A stretch of DNA of 64,000 bases. It comes from a virus. Shown one piece after another: positions 1-12,418 of this stretch. The notes under the pieces were generated by a model, which did no database searches, had not been told where the DNA came from, and saw only the letters and a list, made by a program, of their open reading frames with translations. The stretch lies in IMG/VR virus record IMGVR_UViG_3300030119_000552, positions 1 to 64,000 of that record. One strand, given 5' to 3'. The position numbers and the translations under genes are program-made. The stretch's first letter is position 1, and each line of letters starts with the position of its first letter.

Positions 1-1
1 C

Positions 2-496
2 GAGTACATTGTTTCTTCATTTGAAAACAAAACGGGTTCTCTTTACGAAAGTGTTACCGCAAGAAAGTTTGATCACTTTAAAACTGAGCATTCCTATAAA
101 ACGGTACTTAATATTATTAACAATCGTGTTTTCAAACAAGTCTGCATTCTTCTTAAAGATTCTGGCAACGATGAATTGGTAAAAGAACTTTTCAAGATTC
201 GTAGAATCATATCTATCAATCGTGATGCTTCCAAGAATATATCTGAAGAAGATAATGGATTCGCAAATGACTTTTCAAACTTTGCAAGGTATGCTCGTAA
301 ATTCAATGATAATAGTCTTACTTCATACTTTGCTTGTAAGGTATCATACGAACTCAAGAGCATCTATAAGATGCTCTCCAAAGATTATCCTATGGTAAGA
401 TATATGGGAAATGCTTTAGACGGTTCTGGTAACTATGCCAATGCAATGAATAATCTCGTAGAATACATGGAATTAGTAAATTCCACAAAAAAATAA
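2..496 (+). CDS. 5'-truncated CDS, probably the C-terminus of an rIIA-like protein
   Basis: Frame is open from the window edge (position 2) to TAA at 494-496. The rIIA call rests only on its position upstream of rIIB. Confidence 0.4.
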   Translation, partial: EYIVSSFENKTGSLYESVTARKFDHFKTEHSYKTVLNIINNRVFKQVCILLKDSGNDELVKELFKIRRIISINRDASKNISEEDNGFANDFSNFARYARKFNDNSLTSYFACKVSYELKSIYKMLSKDYPMVRYMGNALDGSGNYANAMNNLVEYMELVNSTKK

Positions 497-560
497 AATC
501 AATGAATACTAACAAGTCTAAGGAAAGTTTTTTTTGATTCCGAATGGAATTAAAAAAAAG

Positions 561-589
561 TTGACGAGAGACGTTTTATGAAGTATTAT
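561..589 (+). promoter_or_regulatory. sigma70-like promoter
   Basis: TTGACG-N17-TATTAT preceded by an A-tract. Confidence 0.7.
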
Positions 590-629
590 TATAATATTAA
601 ATTTAATCACAATCAAATATATATAAACT

Positions 630-764
630 ATGAAAGCATCACAACATTGGAAGCATCGTCTTAAGAAAAAGTTTGGAATGGGCAAGCAAGCAAAATTAGC
701 AAAAAAGTACAAGTATGTACAAATAGAAGAAACTAGAGATAAAAATAGGGATAACACACAATGA
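630..764 (+). CDS. small basic hypothetical protein (44 aa, MKASQHWKHRLKKKFG...)
   Basis: Not in the ORF track. Lies downstream of the promoter and has an ATGA overlap with the next gene. Confidence 0.6.
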   Translation: MKASQHWKHRLKKKFGMGKQAKLAKKYKYVQIEETRDKNRDNTQ

Positions 765-988
765 GTAAAAAAGGAAAATCCGAAAATCAACTACCTTCTA
801 AAGAAAAGCATCCAAAATTGTATGCTGTCGTAAAAAAATCCGGTCGAAGTTCCGGTCCTTTGGTAAAAGGAATTTATGGCACGATGGTTACTCCTAAAAT
901 TAATCGTTCTCAAATCGCAAATAAAAACAAAGCAAGAAAAAAACACGGCCTTGCTCCTCTTGGAGAAGATGGTCAACCACAATCTTAA
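761..988 (+). CDS. small basic hypothetical protein
   Basis: Lys-rich ORF coupled to the upstream ORF. Confidence 0.7.
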   Translation: MSKKGKSENQLPSKEKHPKLYAVVKKSGRSSGPLVKGIYGTMVTPKINRSQIANKNKARKKHGLAPLGEDGQPQS

Positions 989-1000
989 AAGGAATTAATT

Positions 1001-2713
1001 ATGCAAAGTATCATCACCGACTCAACTATCACTTTAATTGCCAAAACGGGTCCATCCGTTATCGGTAAAACTCATCCTAATTTCTATAAAATCAAAAAAG
1101 CATTGCTTCAAAAAAATTTCCTCGAAGTTGAAAATATGCTTGATGTCAAAAATGGATACAAAGAATTTTCTAATGGCCGCATTGCCGTTGACGGAGATAA
1201 TCTTATTTATGACGGAGCAATCATTCACAATGTTCTTACACAACGCATTGTAGAAATGATTCATAACGGAGACGAAGCAACTCCTATGTTGAACTTCCTC
1301 GTTAATCTTATGGATAATCCCTCTGAAGGTAGCATAGACCAACTTTATACCTTCTTGGAGCATGAGAACCTTCCTATCACCGAAGATGGATGTTTTCTTG
1401 CTTACAAGGCAATTAATCGTGATTATACCGACAAGTATACCGGAAAAATTTCCAATAAGGTCGGTGAAAAGGTCAAGATGCCTTATGAAGAAGTAACTGC
1501 TGACCCTAAACTTCATTGTTCAAGTGGACTTCATTGTGGTAGCATTGAGTATGTTCGTTGTTACGGAAACTTTAAAACCGATGAAAATGGAGAACACATC
1601 GGTGATCGTCTTGTTACCGTTAAAGTTAATCCTAATGCGGTAGTTAGTGTACCGGAAGATAGTGATCGTCAAAAGGTTCGGGTATATCGTTATGTTGTCC
1701 ACGAAGAAATTGAAAATCCTTATGATTTAGTTCCTAAGTATGAAGCACCTGTGTATTATGATGACGAGGGTAATGTATATGATGAAGATTATGATGATTA
1801 TGAATCTTACGATGATGAATATAGTTGGGATACTCACGGAGAATGTGAAGACGAAGAAGGTCATGATGATTCAAATCTTTATTCGGAGAGTGGAGCAGAA
1901 TGCACACCGGGTGAATATGATACCACTGCGGACTCGGATGACTTATTAAATGAACCTGGCAATCCCATAGATGGTCTTATTGACTTTGATGATGTTAATC
2001 GTAAAGAATCAATTATTGCGGGATGCATTCGTCAAAGCACCGATAACCCTCTGAAAAAAAATTCTTTCGAGTCATCGGATGGACACGTTGAACGACGTGA
2101 CCCTTACGATTCTGAAGGTAATATTGATGTAGATATGATTAATGCCATGTACAATAACACGGATTATGCAACCGGGCAGCCTTCCGAAAAAAATTCGTTC
2201 GACTCCGTCGAAAAGACAAATGAATCGGATAATAGTTTTACAATGTCGTGGGATGGTACTGGTATCAAATGGGATATTAAGTCTAAAATAAAAGACCATA
2301 ATTGGAATGACGATAGTGTATGGTCTAATGTACGTCGTGAATGGAATGAATGGAGAGAAACACATTCATATGAACCCAAAAACTACGATCACCTACATCC
2401 CGATGCCGCCGAGATAGTAAAACGATATGAAGATTGGTATGGCATAGGTATAGAATGGAACGGAATGATTGACACTGTCATTTATGATGATTTACGTCAT
2501 GCGTTGTATTCTGCTGGATTTGATGCGAATTGTCGTAGACTTGAAGACCCAAAACAAACGAATTTTATGGAAGATATATTCCAAGACACTGCTTCTTATG
2601 TGGCAAAGAATGCTGAAAAAAATTCCTTCGACGTTGTCGAAAAACACTATAATGATGAAAGTGTTGTAGAAGTTGAAAAACCAAACAACATTATTCTTCC
2701 TGACAATAACTAA
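1001..2713 (+). CDS. rIIB: RIIB-like protein with a long acidic C-terminal extension
   Basis: LYTFL..LPITEDGCFLAYK, CSSGLH and VNP..VVSVP.D...K.RV motifs of RIIB in the first ~250 aa. Confidence 0.8.
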   Translation: MQSIITDSTITLIAKTGPSVIGKTHPNFYKIKKALLQKNFLEVENMLDVKNGYKEFSNGRIAVDGDNLIYDGAIIHNVLTQRIVEMIHNGDEATPMLNFLVNLMDNPSEGSIDQLYTFLEHENLPITEDGCFLAYKAINRDYTDKYTGKISNKVGEKVKMPYEEVTADPKLHCSSGLHCGSIEYVRCYGNFKTDENGEHIGDRLVTVKVNPNAVVSVPEDSDRQKVRVYRYVVHEEIENPYDLVPKYEAPVYYDDEGNVYDEDYDDYESYDDEYSWDTHGECEDEEGHDDSNLYSESGAECTPGEYDTTADSDDLLNEPGNPIDGLIDFDDVNRKESIIAGCIRQSTDNPLKKNSFESSDGHVERRDPYDSEGNIDVDMINAMYNNTDYATGQPSEKNSFDSVEKTNESDNSFTMSWDGTGIKWDIKSKIKDHNWNDDSVWSNVRREWNEWRETHSYEPKNYDHLHPDAAEIVKRYEDWYGIGIEWNGMIDTVIYDDLRHALYSAGFDANCRRLEDPKQTNFMEDIFQDTASYVAKNAEKNSFDVVEKHYNDESVVEVEKPNNIILPDNN

Positions 2714-2727
2714 AAATATATGTATAT

Positions 2728-2940
2728 ATGAGCAAAAAAGAAATGTCGCAAGAATCCACGAAGCAACAGCCCGAAGTGTTCGTTGTAACCCGTGACAAAC
2801 GCAGAACTTCCGATAGGAACTTCACCAACGAAGAAGATGCCAAACGAGAAGCACAATACTGGATTGGGATTTGTAAGAACTATGATCCTTCATCCAAGGT
2901 TTCCATCGTCAAAACCAATAAACCCAAGAGGATACGATAA
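2728..2940 (+). CDS. hypothetical protein
   Basis: ORF in operon context. Confidence 0.7.
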   Translation: MSKKEMSQESTKQQPEVFVVTRDKRRTSDRNFTNEEDAKREAQYWIGICKNYDPSSKVSIVKTNKPKRIR

Positions 2941-2942
2941 TA

Positions 2943-3587
2943 ATGAATTGGGAATATTACAATAGTGACGATAATCCTCCGCCAAAGAAGGTCAAATCTA
3001 CTCGCAAAAAGGTTGTCAAAAAGAATGATTCTAGTGGAGCAATGGAAACGGTTGATGGTGACGATAACATCATTTACTTTTATGCTGGAGTTACTGGTAA
3101 AGAAAACTTTAAGTTGAATCATAAGATTTCTCATCTTGATAGAGAAATGCAAATGGTTGCGGTTAAGTTGGGTATGGAAATTCCTCCACCTATTCATCTT
3201 CATATCAATAGTTACGGTGGTAGTGTATTCGCTGCGTTTGGTAGTATTGATTATATTATGAGTTCCAAAACCCCTGTATATACATATATTGATGCATGTG
3301 CCGCTAGTGCAGGAACCATTATGAGTGTATGTGGTAATCGTAGATATATAGGAGAACACGCATATATGCTCGTTCACCAACTTAGTTCTACTCATTGGGG
3401 AAAATATCAGGAACTAAAAGACGATATGGAAAACAGTGATAACCTTATGGCACGAATCAAGGAAATCTATCAACAAAAGACCAAAATTCCAAAGACTAAA
3501 ATGGATGAGATCCTTAAACATGATTTATGGTGGGATGCTAAAACTTGCCTGAGATATGGTTTGGTTGATGATATTAAAACTTCTTAA
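2943..3587 (+). CDS. clpP: ClpP-family serine protease
   Basis: HINSYGG, CAASAGT (catalytic Ser), LVHQ (His), GLVD. Confidence 0.9.
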   Translation: MNWEYYNSDDNPPPKKVKSTRKKVVKKNDSSGAMETVDGDDNIIYFYAGVTGKENFKLNHKISHLDREMQMVAVKLGMEIPPPIHLHINSYGGSVFAAFGSIDYIMSSKTPVYTYIDACAASAGTIMSVCGNRRYIGEHAYMLVHQLSSTHWGKYQELKDDMENSDNLMARIKEIYQQKTKIPKTKMDEILKHDLWWDAKTCLRYGLVDDIKTS

Positions 3588-3596
3588 TAATTAAGA

Positions 3597-3899
3597 ATGT
3601 CACGTAAAAATAATTCTGATATACTTGAGTTTGAAGGAGAAGTCAAAAAACTTCTTCCTGGTACGATGTTTGAAGTTGAACTCGAAAATAATGGTTCAAA
3701 AGCAACTATTCTTTGTATACTTGCTGGTAAGTTAAAGCAACACTTTATCAAGTTGACAGTGGGAGACCGAGTAACTGTTGAAGTTAGCAAATACGATATG
3801 GCAAAAGGAAGAATTACTTACCGTCTCAAGAATAAAAAATCTTATACACCCAATTCTGCTCAACCAATCAAGAGCAAAGGACCGAATCGTAGAAAGTAA
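3597..3899 (+). CDS. infA: translation initiation factor IF-1 with a basic C-terminal tail
   Basis: EGEV..LLPGTMF.VELEN...GK...GD.V.VE.S.YD..KGRITYR. Confidence 0.92.
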   Translation: MSRKNNSDILEFEGEVKKLLPGTMFEVELENNGSKATILCILAGKLKQHFIKLTVGDRVTVEVSKYDMAKGRITYRLKNKKSYTPNSAQPIKSKGPNRRK

Positions 3900-3903
3900 A
3901 GTC

Positions 3904-4968
3904 TCAACAAGACTTTCTGTATAATTCTAAAATACTTTTCTGTTCTGGTGTAAGTCTTGCTGGGAATTCGGCACTTACCACAACATACAAATCACCCATA
4001 TGCCCACTTCGCATATTAGGTACTCCGTGTTCAGTTACCTTTAATACTGCTTCGTGTTTAGTTAAAGACGGAACAGATACATTAACAGTGCCATGTGGAG
4101 TAGGTATTTTCTTTTTAGTTCCAAGTATCATATCTTGAAAAGGAATCTTTTCCTTGCAAATTAAATCATCACCATCACGATCAAAATACGAATCTTTTTT
4201 AACATTTACTATTACATATAAATCACCTGCTTGGGCATCTTTGGATTCATGTCCACCACCAGATACTCGTAATTTTGTTCCTGTATATGAACCTTTTGGT
4301 ATTTTGACTTTAATATCTGTTTTAATTGGTGTGACTCCGTGACCATTACATGAATTGCACGGGTCAGTCATGCTATCACCTGTTCCTCCACATGATGGAC
4401 AAGTTTGTTGAACTTGCATAATTCCAAGTTGTCGGTACACAACTCCTTGGCCACGACACTGAACGCATGGTTCAATTTTTGTATTAGTCGACTTTCCTGT
4501 GCCACGACACTTCATGCATTTTTCGTTTTTTTCATATCGAAGTTCACGTTCAACTCCTGTTATTATTTCATTTAAAGTTACTTCCAAGTCTATTCGTAAA
4601 CTTGCACCAGATTTTGGCTGAGAGCGACGATTTTCTTGATTAAACATATCCGAAAAACGACCACCATTGCCTCCACCAAAAAAACTATTAAACATATCAA
4701 ACGGATCAGAATGAAAACCACCTCCCCTCGGTTGTCCTGATGTCTGTTCAAAAACTGCATGACCAAACTGGTCATATTGTTGTCTTTTCTGTGGATTTGA
4801 CAATATGTCGTATGCTTCTGAAATTTGTTTGAACTTTTCTTCTGCCTCGGGATTATCTTTATTTTTATCTGGATGCCATTTTATTGCTAACTTACGATAT
4901 GCTTTTTTGAGCTCGTCTTCAGTTGCAGTTTTTGATACTCCGAGTAAATTATAGTAGTCCTCTTTCAT
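3904..4968 (-). CDS. dnaJ: DnaJ chaperone
   Basis: J domain with HPD, G/F-rich region, four CxxCxGxG repeats. Start placed at MKEDYY. Confidence 0.97.
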   Translation of the reverse strand: MKEDYYNLLGVSKTATEDELKKAYRKLAIKWHPDKNKDNPEAEEKFKQISEAYDILSNPQKRQQYDQFGHAVFEQTSGQPRGGGFHSDPFDMFNSFFGGGNGGRFSDMFNQENRRSQPKSGASLRIDLEVTLNEIITGVERELRYEKNEKCMKCRGTGKSTNTKIEPCVQCRGQGVVYRQLGIMQVQQTCPSCGGTGDSMTDPCNSCNGHGVTPIKTDIKVKIPKGSYTGTKLRVSGGGHESKDAQAGDLYVIVNVKKDSYFDRDGDDLICKEKIPFQDMILGTKKKIPTPHGTVNVSVPSLTKHEAVLKVTEHGVPNMRSGHMGDLYVVVSAEFPARLTPEQKSILELYRKSC

Positions 4969-5133
4969 TTTATATATAAATATGAAATTGTATAGATTAT
5001 CCCAAATACTATATACACCCAAATAATTATCATCAAGTAAAAAGGTAAACTTATCAAGTTAAATTGTTGATGATTTATTGGATGAAGGTAGTTATTCATT
5101 GCATTATTTGTGTATATTGATATATTTATATAC

Positions 5134-5502
5134 ATGATTAAAACACTTCTCGCAAAGTTATTTCGCAAAAAGTTGTACAAAGCAGAAGTATTGTTGGTAG
5201 AGGATGACTTTATTGCTGAGTATCACAATGACAAACTTGGAAACTGCCTTGCGTGGACATTAAACGGATTACAAGAAGCACATAATAGCAACACTGATAG
5301 TAAAATGTCACATACAAAGGGTGTATATGGACGTATAATGCCTTTAAAAGTTATAAATGTAACTCAATCCTCAATCGGTATAATGTCATATAAGAAGCCG
5401 TGTTCTGAGGACTATTTATTTATGACTGATACAATGATTCATGTACCAGAGTCGGTTTTAAAGATTGCAAGAAAAGAAGAACCTGACTTAAATTTTAAAT
5501 AA
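5134..5502 (+). CDS. hypothetical protein
   Basis: ATATTTATA motif just upstream of MIKTLL. Confidence 0.6.
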   Translation: MIKTLLAKLFRKKLYKAEVLLVEDDFIAEYHNDKLGNCLAWTLNGLQEAHNSNTDSKMSHTKGVYGRIMPLKVINVTQSSIGIMSYKKPCSEDYLFMTDTMIHVPESVLKIARKEEPDLNFK

Positions 5503-6838
5503 TTCCATGTGCAATAGCTGCATTTGCTACTCGTAAAAAACCACCTGCATTTGCACCCAAGGTATAATCACCTTCTGCTCCGTATTTTCGTGCGTGTTTC
5601 AAGCATAAATTGTGTATTTGTTTCATGATTGCTCTTAGTTTATTATCAACTTGAGGGAATGACCACTTATCCCATCCTGCGTTCTGACGCATCTCTAGTG
5701 CTGATACTGCTACTCCACCTGCGTTTACTGCTTTGGAGGGAGCAACTACCACTAATTTGTCATTAAAGAGTTTTATTGCTTCTTCTGTACATGGCATATT
5801 AGCTGCTTCTACAACAAACTTACAATCATTATCAATGAGCATTTCCGCATCTTTTTCTGTAATTTCGTTTTGAATGGCACTTGGAATTGCTATATCACAT
5901 TGCACTTCCCAAGGTTTTCTGCCCTTGATATAGTCCACTCCGAATTTTTCTGCGAATGGTTTTACAATGTCTTTGTTACTTTCACGAAGAACTTCCATAT
6001 AAGGAATCATGTTCTTTTTGATACCATTCTTCATGTGTACATATCCGTCTGGTCCTGATATCGTTACTACTTTTGCACCCATTTCAACTGCTTTTTTTAC
6101 AACTCCAAACGATACTTGACCGAAACCACTAACAGTAATAACTTTTCCTTTAATATCTGTATGATGATTTTTAAGCATCTCTTCTGTAAAATAAATCGTT
6201 CCAAATCCAGTTGCTTCTTTTCTTCCATGAATCCCACCCCAAGCTGGTGATTTACCTGTTAGTAGACCTGGTTCATATTTACTATGTAATGCCTTATACT
6301 GACCAAATAAATACCCTATCTCTTTGTATCCGACCCCAATGTCACCCGCAGGTACATCCGTCTTGTGGCCGAGGTGGTCGTGCAGTTTAGTCATAAACGA
6401 CTGACAGAATCTCATAATCTCTAAATCAGATTTTCCGTTTGGATCAAAATCACTACCTCCTTTTGCTCCACCGATTTGTAATCCAGTTAAACTATTTTTA
6501 AAAGTTTGCTCAAATCCAAGAAACTTCATTGTTCCTAAATTAACACTTGGATGGAATCTCAATCCACCTTTATATGGACCAAGCACACTATTGAATTGAA
6601 CACGATATCCACGGTTAACATGAACATTCCCTATTTCGTCAATCCACGGAACACTGAATACGATTTGTTTTTCTGGTTCGGCAAGCCTTTCAAGTAGATT
6701 TGCTTTTTTGAACTGTGGATGTTTTGCAATAACATTGTGTAAACTTGAATAAACTTCGTTTACTGCCTGTATGAACACGGGTTCTGAGTGGTTCTTTGCT
6801 TCAACCTTTTTAATTACGTCATCAACGTATTTGCTCAT
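5495..6838 (-). CDS. gdh: glutamate dehydrogenase, second divergent paralog
   Basis: [40 protein letters not shown]. Confidence 0.95.
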   Translation of the reverse strand: MSKYVDDVIKKVEAKNHSEPVFIQAVNEVYSSLHNVIAKHPQFKKANLLERLAEPEKQIVFSVPWIDEIGNVHVNRGYRVQFNSVLGPYKGGLRFHPSVNLGTMKFLGFEQTFKNSLTGLQIGGAKGGSDFDPNGKSDLEIMRFCQSFMTKLHDHLGHKTDVPAGDIGVGYKEIGYLFGQYKALHSKYEPGLLTGKSPAWGGIHGRKEATGFGTIYFTEEMLKNHHTDIKGKVITVSGFGQVSFGVVKKAVEMGAKVVTISGPDGYVHMKNGIKKNMIPYMEVLRESNKDIVKPFAEKFGVDYIKGRKPWEVQCDIAIPSAIQNEITEKDAEMLIDNDCKFVVEAANMPCTEEAIKLFNDKLVVVAPSKAVNAGGVAVSALEMRQNAGWDKWSFPQVDNKLRAIMKQIHNLCLKHARKYGAEGDYTLGANAGGFLRVANAAIAHGII

Positions 6839-6856
6839 GTATATAACTATATTTTT

Positions 6857-8239
<1,383 letters not shown>

Positions 8240-8251
8240 CTAAAATACCCC

Positions 8252-8280
8252 TTGACTTTGTGTATTTAATCACTTATTAT
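8252..8280 (+). promoter_or_regulatory. sigma70-like promoter
   Basis: TTGACT-N17-TATTAT. Confidence 0.7.
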
Positions 8281-8291
8281 AGTATGTAACG

Positions 8292-8576
8292 ATGAAATTT
8301 TATATAAAAGACTCAACACTAAAAGATACTCCCGTTAAGTTATTCGATAATACTAACTTTGCAATTCAATATATGAAGTCAATGGTTCAAAGAAAGACGG
8401 GTATGAATTATGAACAATATTTAACACACCTTGCAGACCTTGGACACTTTGGTTATGACGAACGTGAATTCTATGAAAGTTTAAGAGATACTTTTGAAAG
8501 TGGAGTTCTTCGTGGTAATAAACTAATCCGTTGTAGTATATATGAAGCAATTGGTTCAACGGACGGGAGTGATTAA
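8292..8576 (+). CDS. hypothetical protein
   Basis: ORF downstream of a promoter. Confidence 0.7.
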   Translation: MKFYIKDSTLKDTPVKLFDNTNFAIQYMKSMVQRKTGMNYEQYLTHLADLGHFGYDEREFYESLRDTFESGVLRGNKLIRCSIYEAIGSTDGSD

Positions 8577-8578
8577 TT

Positions 8579-9517
8579 ATGACAGAAGTAGCAGCTGGAG
8601 AAAAAAAGCAAGTTAAAGAAAAGAAGTTCAACAAGTATGTAAGTTTTTCACAATACTCAATGTATTATAAATGCCCACGTAGTTGGAAACTTGCATATGT
8701 AGATAACCTTCGTAAGAAAGAAAGTAACATACACTTGGTGTTCGGTACTTCTATGCACGAAACAATCCAAGAATATCTTGAGATGATGTATAACCAACCC
8801 CATCTTGATGTTGAATCGATTGATTGGAAAGCAAAATTGTTGCAAACTATGAATACCATTGCAGATGACGAACGCAATCTTATTGAGGGTAAACGTTGTA
8901 TGACCGATGATGAGTTTAACGAGTTTGTTGAAGATGGCAACGAAATACTAGATTACTTTTTACAAGAAGATGTAAGACGTAAGTATTTCTCAAAAACACG
9001 TCATACATTATCTGGCATTGAAACTTCAATTGACTTGGAAGTAAGAAAGAATGTAGGATACATTGGGTTTCTTGATGTGGTGCTATTTGATAAAATCAAT
9101 CAAAAGTATAAAATAATTGACTTGAAAACGTCAACCCGCGGATGGAACAAGTGGCAAAAGTCTGACGAAAGCAAAACTCACCAGTTGTTGTTATATAAAG
9201 TTTTTTATGCAAAAGAATTTAATGTCCCCTTGGATAAAATAGAGGTTGAATTTATTATTCTTAAACGCAAGCACGATCCCGATGATGTTTGGAGTGGTGA
9301 TCGTATTCAACGATTTGTTCCACCACACGGTACAATGAGCAGTAAAGAAGCATGGTCTAGTTTCAACAGATTCTTAAACGAATCATTTACCAAAAGTGGT
9401 GAATATAATATGGATTATTCATTTCCAAAAACACCTGGTAAAAACAAAAAGAATTGTCGTTGGTGTGAGTTTGCTTCTAAGGCAGGAGGTCCGTGTGACG
9501 GAAAAGAAGGAGAATAA
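8579..9517 (+). CDS. PD-(D/E)xK Cas4/AddB-like exonuclease
   Basis: SFSQ..YKCP, FGT.MH, GFLD..IIDLKT, QL.LY, C-terminal CxxC...C (probable Fe-S staple). Confidence 0.85.
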   Translation: MTEVAAGEKKQVKEKKFNKYVSFSQYSMYYKCPRSWKLAYVDNLRKKESNIHLVFGTSMHETIQEYLEMMYNQPHLDVESIDWKAKLLQTMNTIADDERNLIEGKRCMTDDEFNEFVEDGNEILDYFLQEDVRRKYFSKTRHTLSGIETSIDLEVRKNVGYIGFLDVVLFDKINQKYKIIDLKTSTRGWNKWQKSDESKTHQLLLYKVFYAKEFNVPLDKIEVEFIILKRKHDPDDVWSGDRIQRFVPPHGTMSSKEAWSSFNRFLNESFTKSGEYNMDYSFPKTPGKNKKNCRWCEFASKAGGPCDGKEGE

Positions 9518-9547
9518 AAGTATTTTAGATTATATTTATATAAAGAT

Positions 9548-9587
9548 AATGCTCAACTGAGATTGTCTAGAATGCTCAAACGAGATT
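9548..9587 (+). repeat. tandem 17-nt imperfect hairpin repeat in the dnaK leader
   Basis: AATGCTCAACTGAGATT (9548-9564) and AATGCTCAAACGAGATT (9571-9587). Confidence 0.75.
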
Positions 9588-9622
9588 CAAACAAAACTAA
9601 CAAAATAAAAGAGGAATAGAAA

Positions 9623-11551
9623 ATGGCTAAAGTAATTGGCATTGATTTAGGTACATCGAACAGTTGTGTTGCGGTGGTAGAAGCAGGAGAACCAAAGGTG
9701 ATAACCAACTCAGAGGGAGCAAGAACTACCCCAAGTATAGTTGGATTTGCAAAAGACGGAGAAAGACTTGTAGGTCAGTCCGCAAAAAGACAAGCAATCA
9801 CTAATCCAGAGAATACAATTTTTTCAGCGAAACGTTTAATCGGAAGAAAATACAAGGAAGTAAAAGACGAAGTTAAAAATCTTCCTTATGAAGTTGTCTC
9901 GGGTAAAAACGGAGACGCATATATCAAGTGCAATGATGGTGGTGAAGATAAAGAATATGCACCCGAGTTTATTGCGAGTATTGTTCTCGGTAAGTTGAAA
10001 GCAGATGCAGAATCATATCTTGGTGAAGAAGTAAAACAAGCAGTTATTACTGTACCTGCATACTTCAATGATTCACAAAGACAAGCAACCAAAGACGCAG
10101 GTGAAATCGCAGGACTTGAAGTATTGCGTATCGTTAACGAACCAACAGCTGCATCACTTGCATATGGATTAGAAAAGAAGAACGAAGAAATTATTGCAGT
10201 TTACGACCTTGGTGGTGGAACTTACGATGTTTCTATTTTGGAAATCGGTGACGGAGTATTTGAAGTTAAGTCTACCAATGGTGACACCCAATTGGGTGGT
10301 GACAATTGGGACGAAAAACTTATTCAATATTTGTTGGACGAATTTAAAAAAGATTCTGGTATTGATTTAAGTAATGATGGACAGGCAATGCAACGTCTAA
10401 AAGAAGAAGCAGAAAAAGCAAAGGTTGCGTTATCGTCTAGTGCGTCCACCGAAATTAATCTTCCGTTTATTACTGCGGATGCAAGTGGACCAAAGCACTT
10501 GAATGTAGAAGTTACTCGTTCAAAGTTTGAACAAATCTGCGATTCTTTATATGCTCGTACAAAAGAACCATTTGAAAAGTGTCTTGATGATGCTGGTATT
10601 ACAATGGAAGAAGTTAATAATCTCATTCTTGTGGGTGGTATGACTCGTAGTCCAAAAGTTGTAGAAATTGCAAAAGGACTAGCAGGAGGCCGTGACCCAA
10701 ACCAAGGAGTTAATCCCGATGAAGTGGTTGCATTGGGTGCAGCTATTCAAGGTGCTATTCTTGCGGGTGACGAGGGTGTTAGTGATGTTTTGTTGCTTGA
10801 TGTGACTCCTCTTACTCTCGGAATTGAAACCGCAGGTGGTGTGTCTACTCCAATGATAGAACGCAATACTACAATTCCAACCAAGAAGTCGCAGATATTT
10901 TCAACTTATGCTGACAACCAACCGGCAGTTGATATTGTAGTTCTTCAAGGTGAACGTTCTATGTCTGCTGATAATAAAAATCTTGGTACATTTAAGTTAG
11001 ACGGTATCGTTCCTGCACCAAGAGGTACACCACAAATTGAAGTTACATTTGATATTGATGCAAATGGTATTCTCAATGTAAGTGCAACTGACAAGGGTAC
11101 TGGTAAGGATCAGAAGATTACCATTAGTAATTCGTCTGGACTTGATAAAGACGAAGTTGAAAAAATGAAGGCAGATGCAGAAAAATATGCCGAAGAAGAT
11201 AAGCAAAAGAAAGAAACCATTGAGTCTAGAAATGAACTTGATAATTTGTCATATCAACTTGAAAAGTTTGCGGATGAACACAAAGACAAACTTTCGGAGG
11301 ATGATAAGTCTGAAGCAGATTCTTTGTGTAAGGAAGTAAAAGAAACATTAGAATCCTCTGATACTTCAACGGCCTTTATTAAAGAAAAAAACGAAAAGGT
11401 TGTTGCATTGCTTCAGAAACTCGGAGGTAAAATACAACAACAAAAACAAGAAAATCAACAAACTCAACATAATTCTAATGCAGAAAACCAATCCGAGGAA
11501 ACGGAAGATGTAGTTGATGCAGATTTTGAAGTTGTTGATGATAAGGAATAA
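9623..11551 (+). CDS. dnaK: DnaK (Hsp70)
   Basis: [21 protein letters not shown]-terminal DADFEVV. Confidence 0.99.
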   Translation: MAKVIGIDLGTSNSCVAVVEAGEPKVITNSEGARTTPSIVGFAKDGERLVGQSAKRQAITNPENTIFSAKRLIGRKYKEVKDEVKNLPYEVVSGKNGDAYIKCNDGGEDKEYAPEFIASIVLGKLKADAESYLGEEVKQAVITVPAYFNDSQRQATKDAGEIAGLEVLRIVNEPTAASLAYGLEKKNEEIIAVYDLGGGTYDVSILEIGDGVFEVKSTNGDTQLGGDNWDEKLIQYLLDEFKKDSGIDLSNDGQAMQRLKEEAEKAKVALSSSASTEINLPFITADASGPKHLNVEVTRSKFEQICDSLYARTKEPFEKCLDDAGITMEEVNNLILVGGMTRSPKVVEIAKGLAGGRDPNQGVNPDEVVALGAAIQGAILAGDEGVSDVLLLDVTPLTLGIETAGGVSTPMIERNTTIPTKKSQIFSTYADNQPAVDIVVLQGERSMSADNKNLGTFKLDGIVPAPRGTPQIEVTFDIDANGILNVSATDKGTGKDQKITISNSSGLDKDEVEKMKADAEKYAEEDKQKKETIESRNELDNLSYQLEKFADEHKDKLSEDDKSEADSLCKEVKETLESSDTSTAFIKEKNEKVVALLQKLGGKIQQQKQENQQTQHNSNAENQSEETEDVVDADFEVVDDKE

Positions 11552-11555
11552 TGTT

Positions 11556-12395
11556 ATGGGAAAACCTCTAGATGAATCATGGAAAAATTGGACTAAAGAA
11601 AATCTTGGTCTCGGAGTACCACATAAAACTATATTCAAAACATTAACAGATAACGATTTCGATTTGAAAGAAGTTGTTGAAGTTATGCAATGGACTCCAA
11701 ACGAAAAAGATATTGAAGTATCAAATACACCAAAAAAACTTAAACCTATTTCTAGGACTGTTTATATAGACGGTGCTGAAAAGGTCGATACTAAAGATGA
11801 TGTTCTTGAAATATATAAAATTGAGAACTTTCTTTCAAATGATGAATGTGATGAACTTGTAAAACTCATAAAATCTAATATGAGAAAATCCCAAGTATCT
11901 ATTGCAAGCAAGGCTAAAGGTTACGTCGATGATTCGGTTAGAACAAGTTCTACTTGTAATCTTACAACTTCTTTGTCTAACATAGTGGGTGAAATTGATG
12001 AACGCATATTGTCGTGTATTGGAATTCATTCAAGTAGAGGTGAGGCTATTCAAGGTCAGCACTATGACAAAACACAAGAATTCAAACAACACACCGATAC
12101 CTTTGCACCAAATTCCGATGAGTATGAATTGCATTGTACGACTACTGGTCAAAGAACATGGACATTCATGATTTACTTAAATGAAACGGAAGAAGGTGGT
12201 GAAACCAAATTCAATATAACTAAAACTTCAAATAACGAAGATTTGGTGTTTTCTCCGAAGATGGGTTGTGCAGTTTTATGGAATAACTTGCTTCCAAATG
12301 GAATTCCGAACAAATATTCTTTGCACCAAGGATGTCCAGTAAAAAAAGGTGAGAAAACTATAATCACAAAATGGTTTAGAGAACGAAAACGATAA
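11556..12395 (+). CDS. prolyl-4-hydroxylase-like 2OG-Fe(II) oxygenase
   Basis: HTD, TFMIYLN..EGGET.F, H.GCPV..GEK.I.TKW. Confidence 0.88.
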   Translation: MGKPLDESWKNWTKENLGLGVPHKTIFKTLTDNDFDLKEVVEVMQWTPNEKDIEVSNTPKKLKPISRTVYIDGAEKVDTKDDVLEIYKIENFLSNDECDELVKLIKSNMRKSQVSIASKAKGYVDDSVRTSSTCNLTTSLSNIVGEIDERILSCIGIHSSRGEAIQGQHYDKTQEFKQHTDTFAPNSDEYELHCTTTGQRTWTFMIYLNETEEGGETKFNITKTSNNEDLVFSPKMGCAVLWNNLLPNGIPNKYSLHQGCPVKKGEKTIITKWFRERKR

Positions 12396-12418
12396 AATAT
12401 ATTTATATAAATATTCAT

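Noticed and set aside
8579-9622. Mini CRISPR array next to the Cas4-like gene
   Set aside because: Only two 17-nt units with a 6-nt gap, far too short for repeat-spacer structure.
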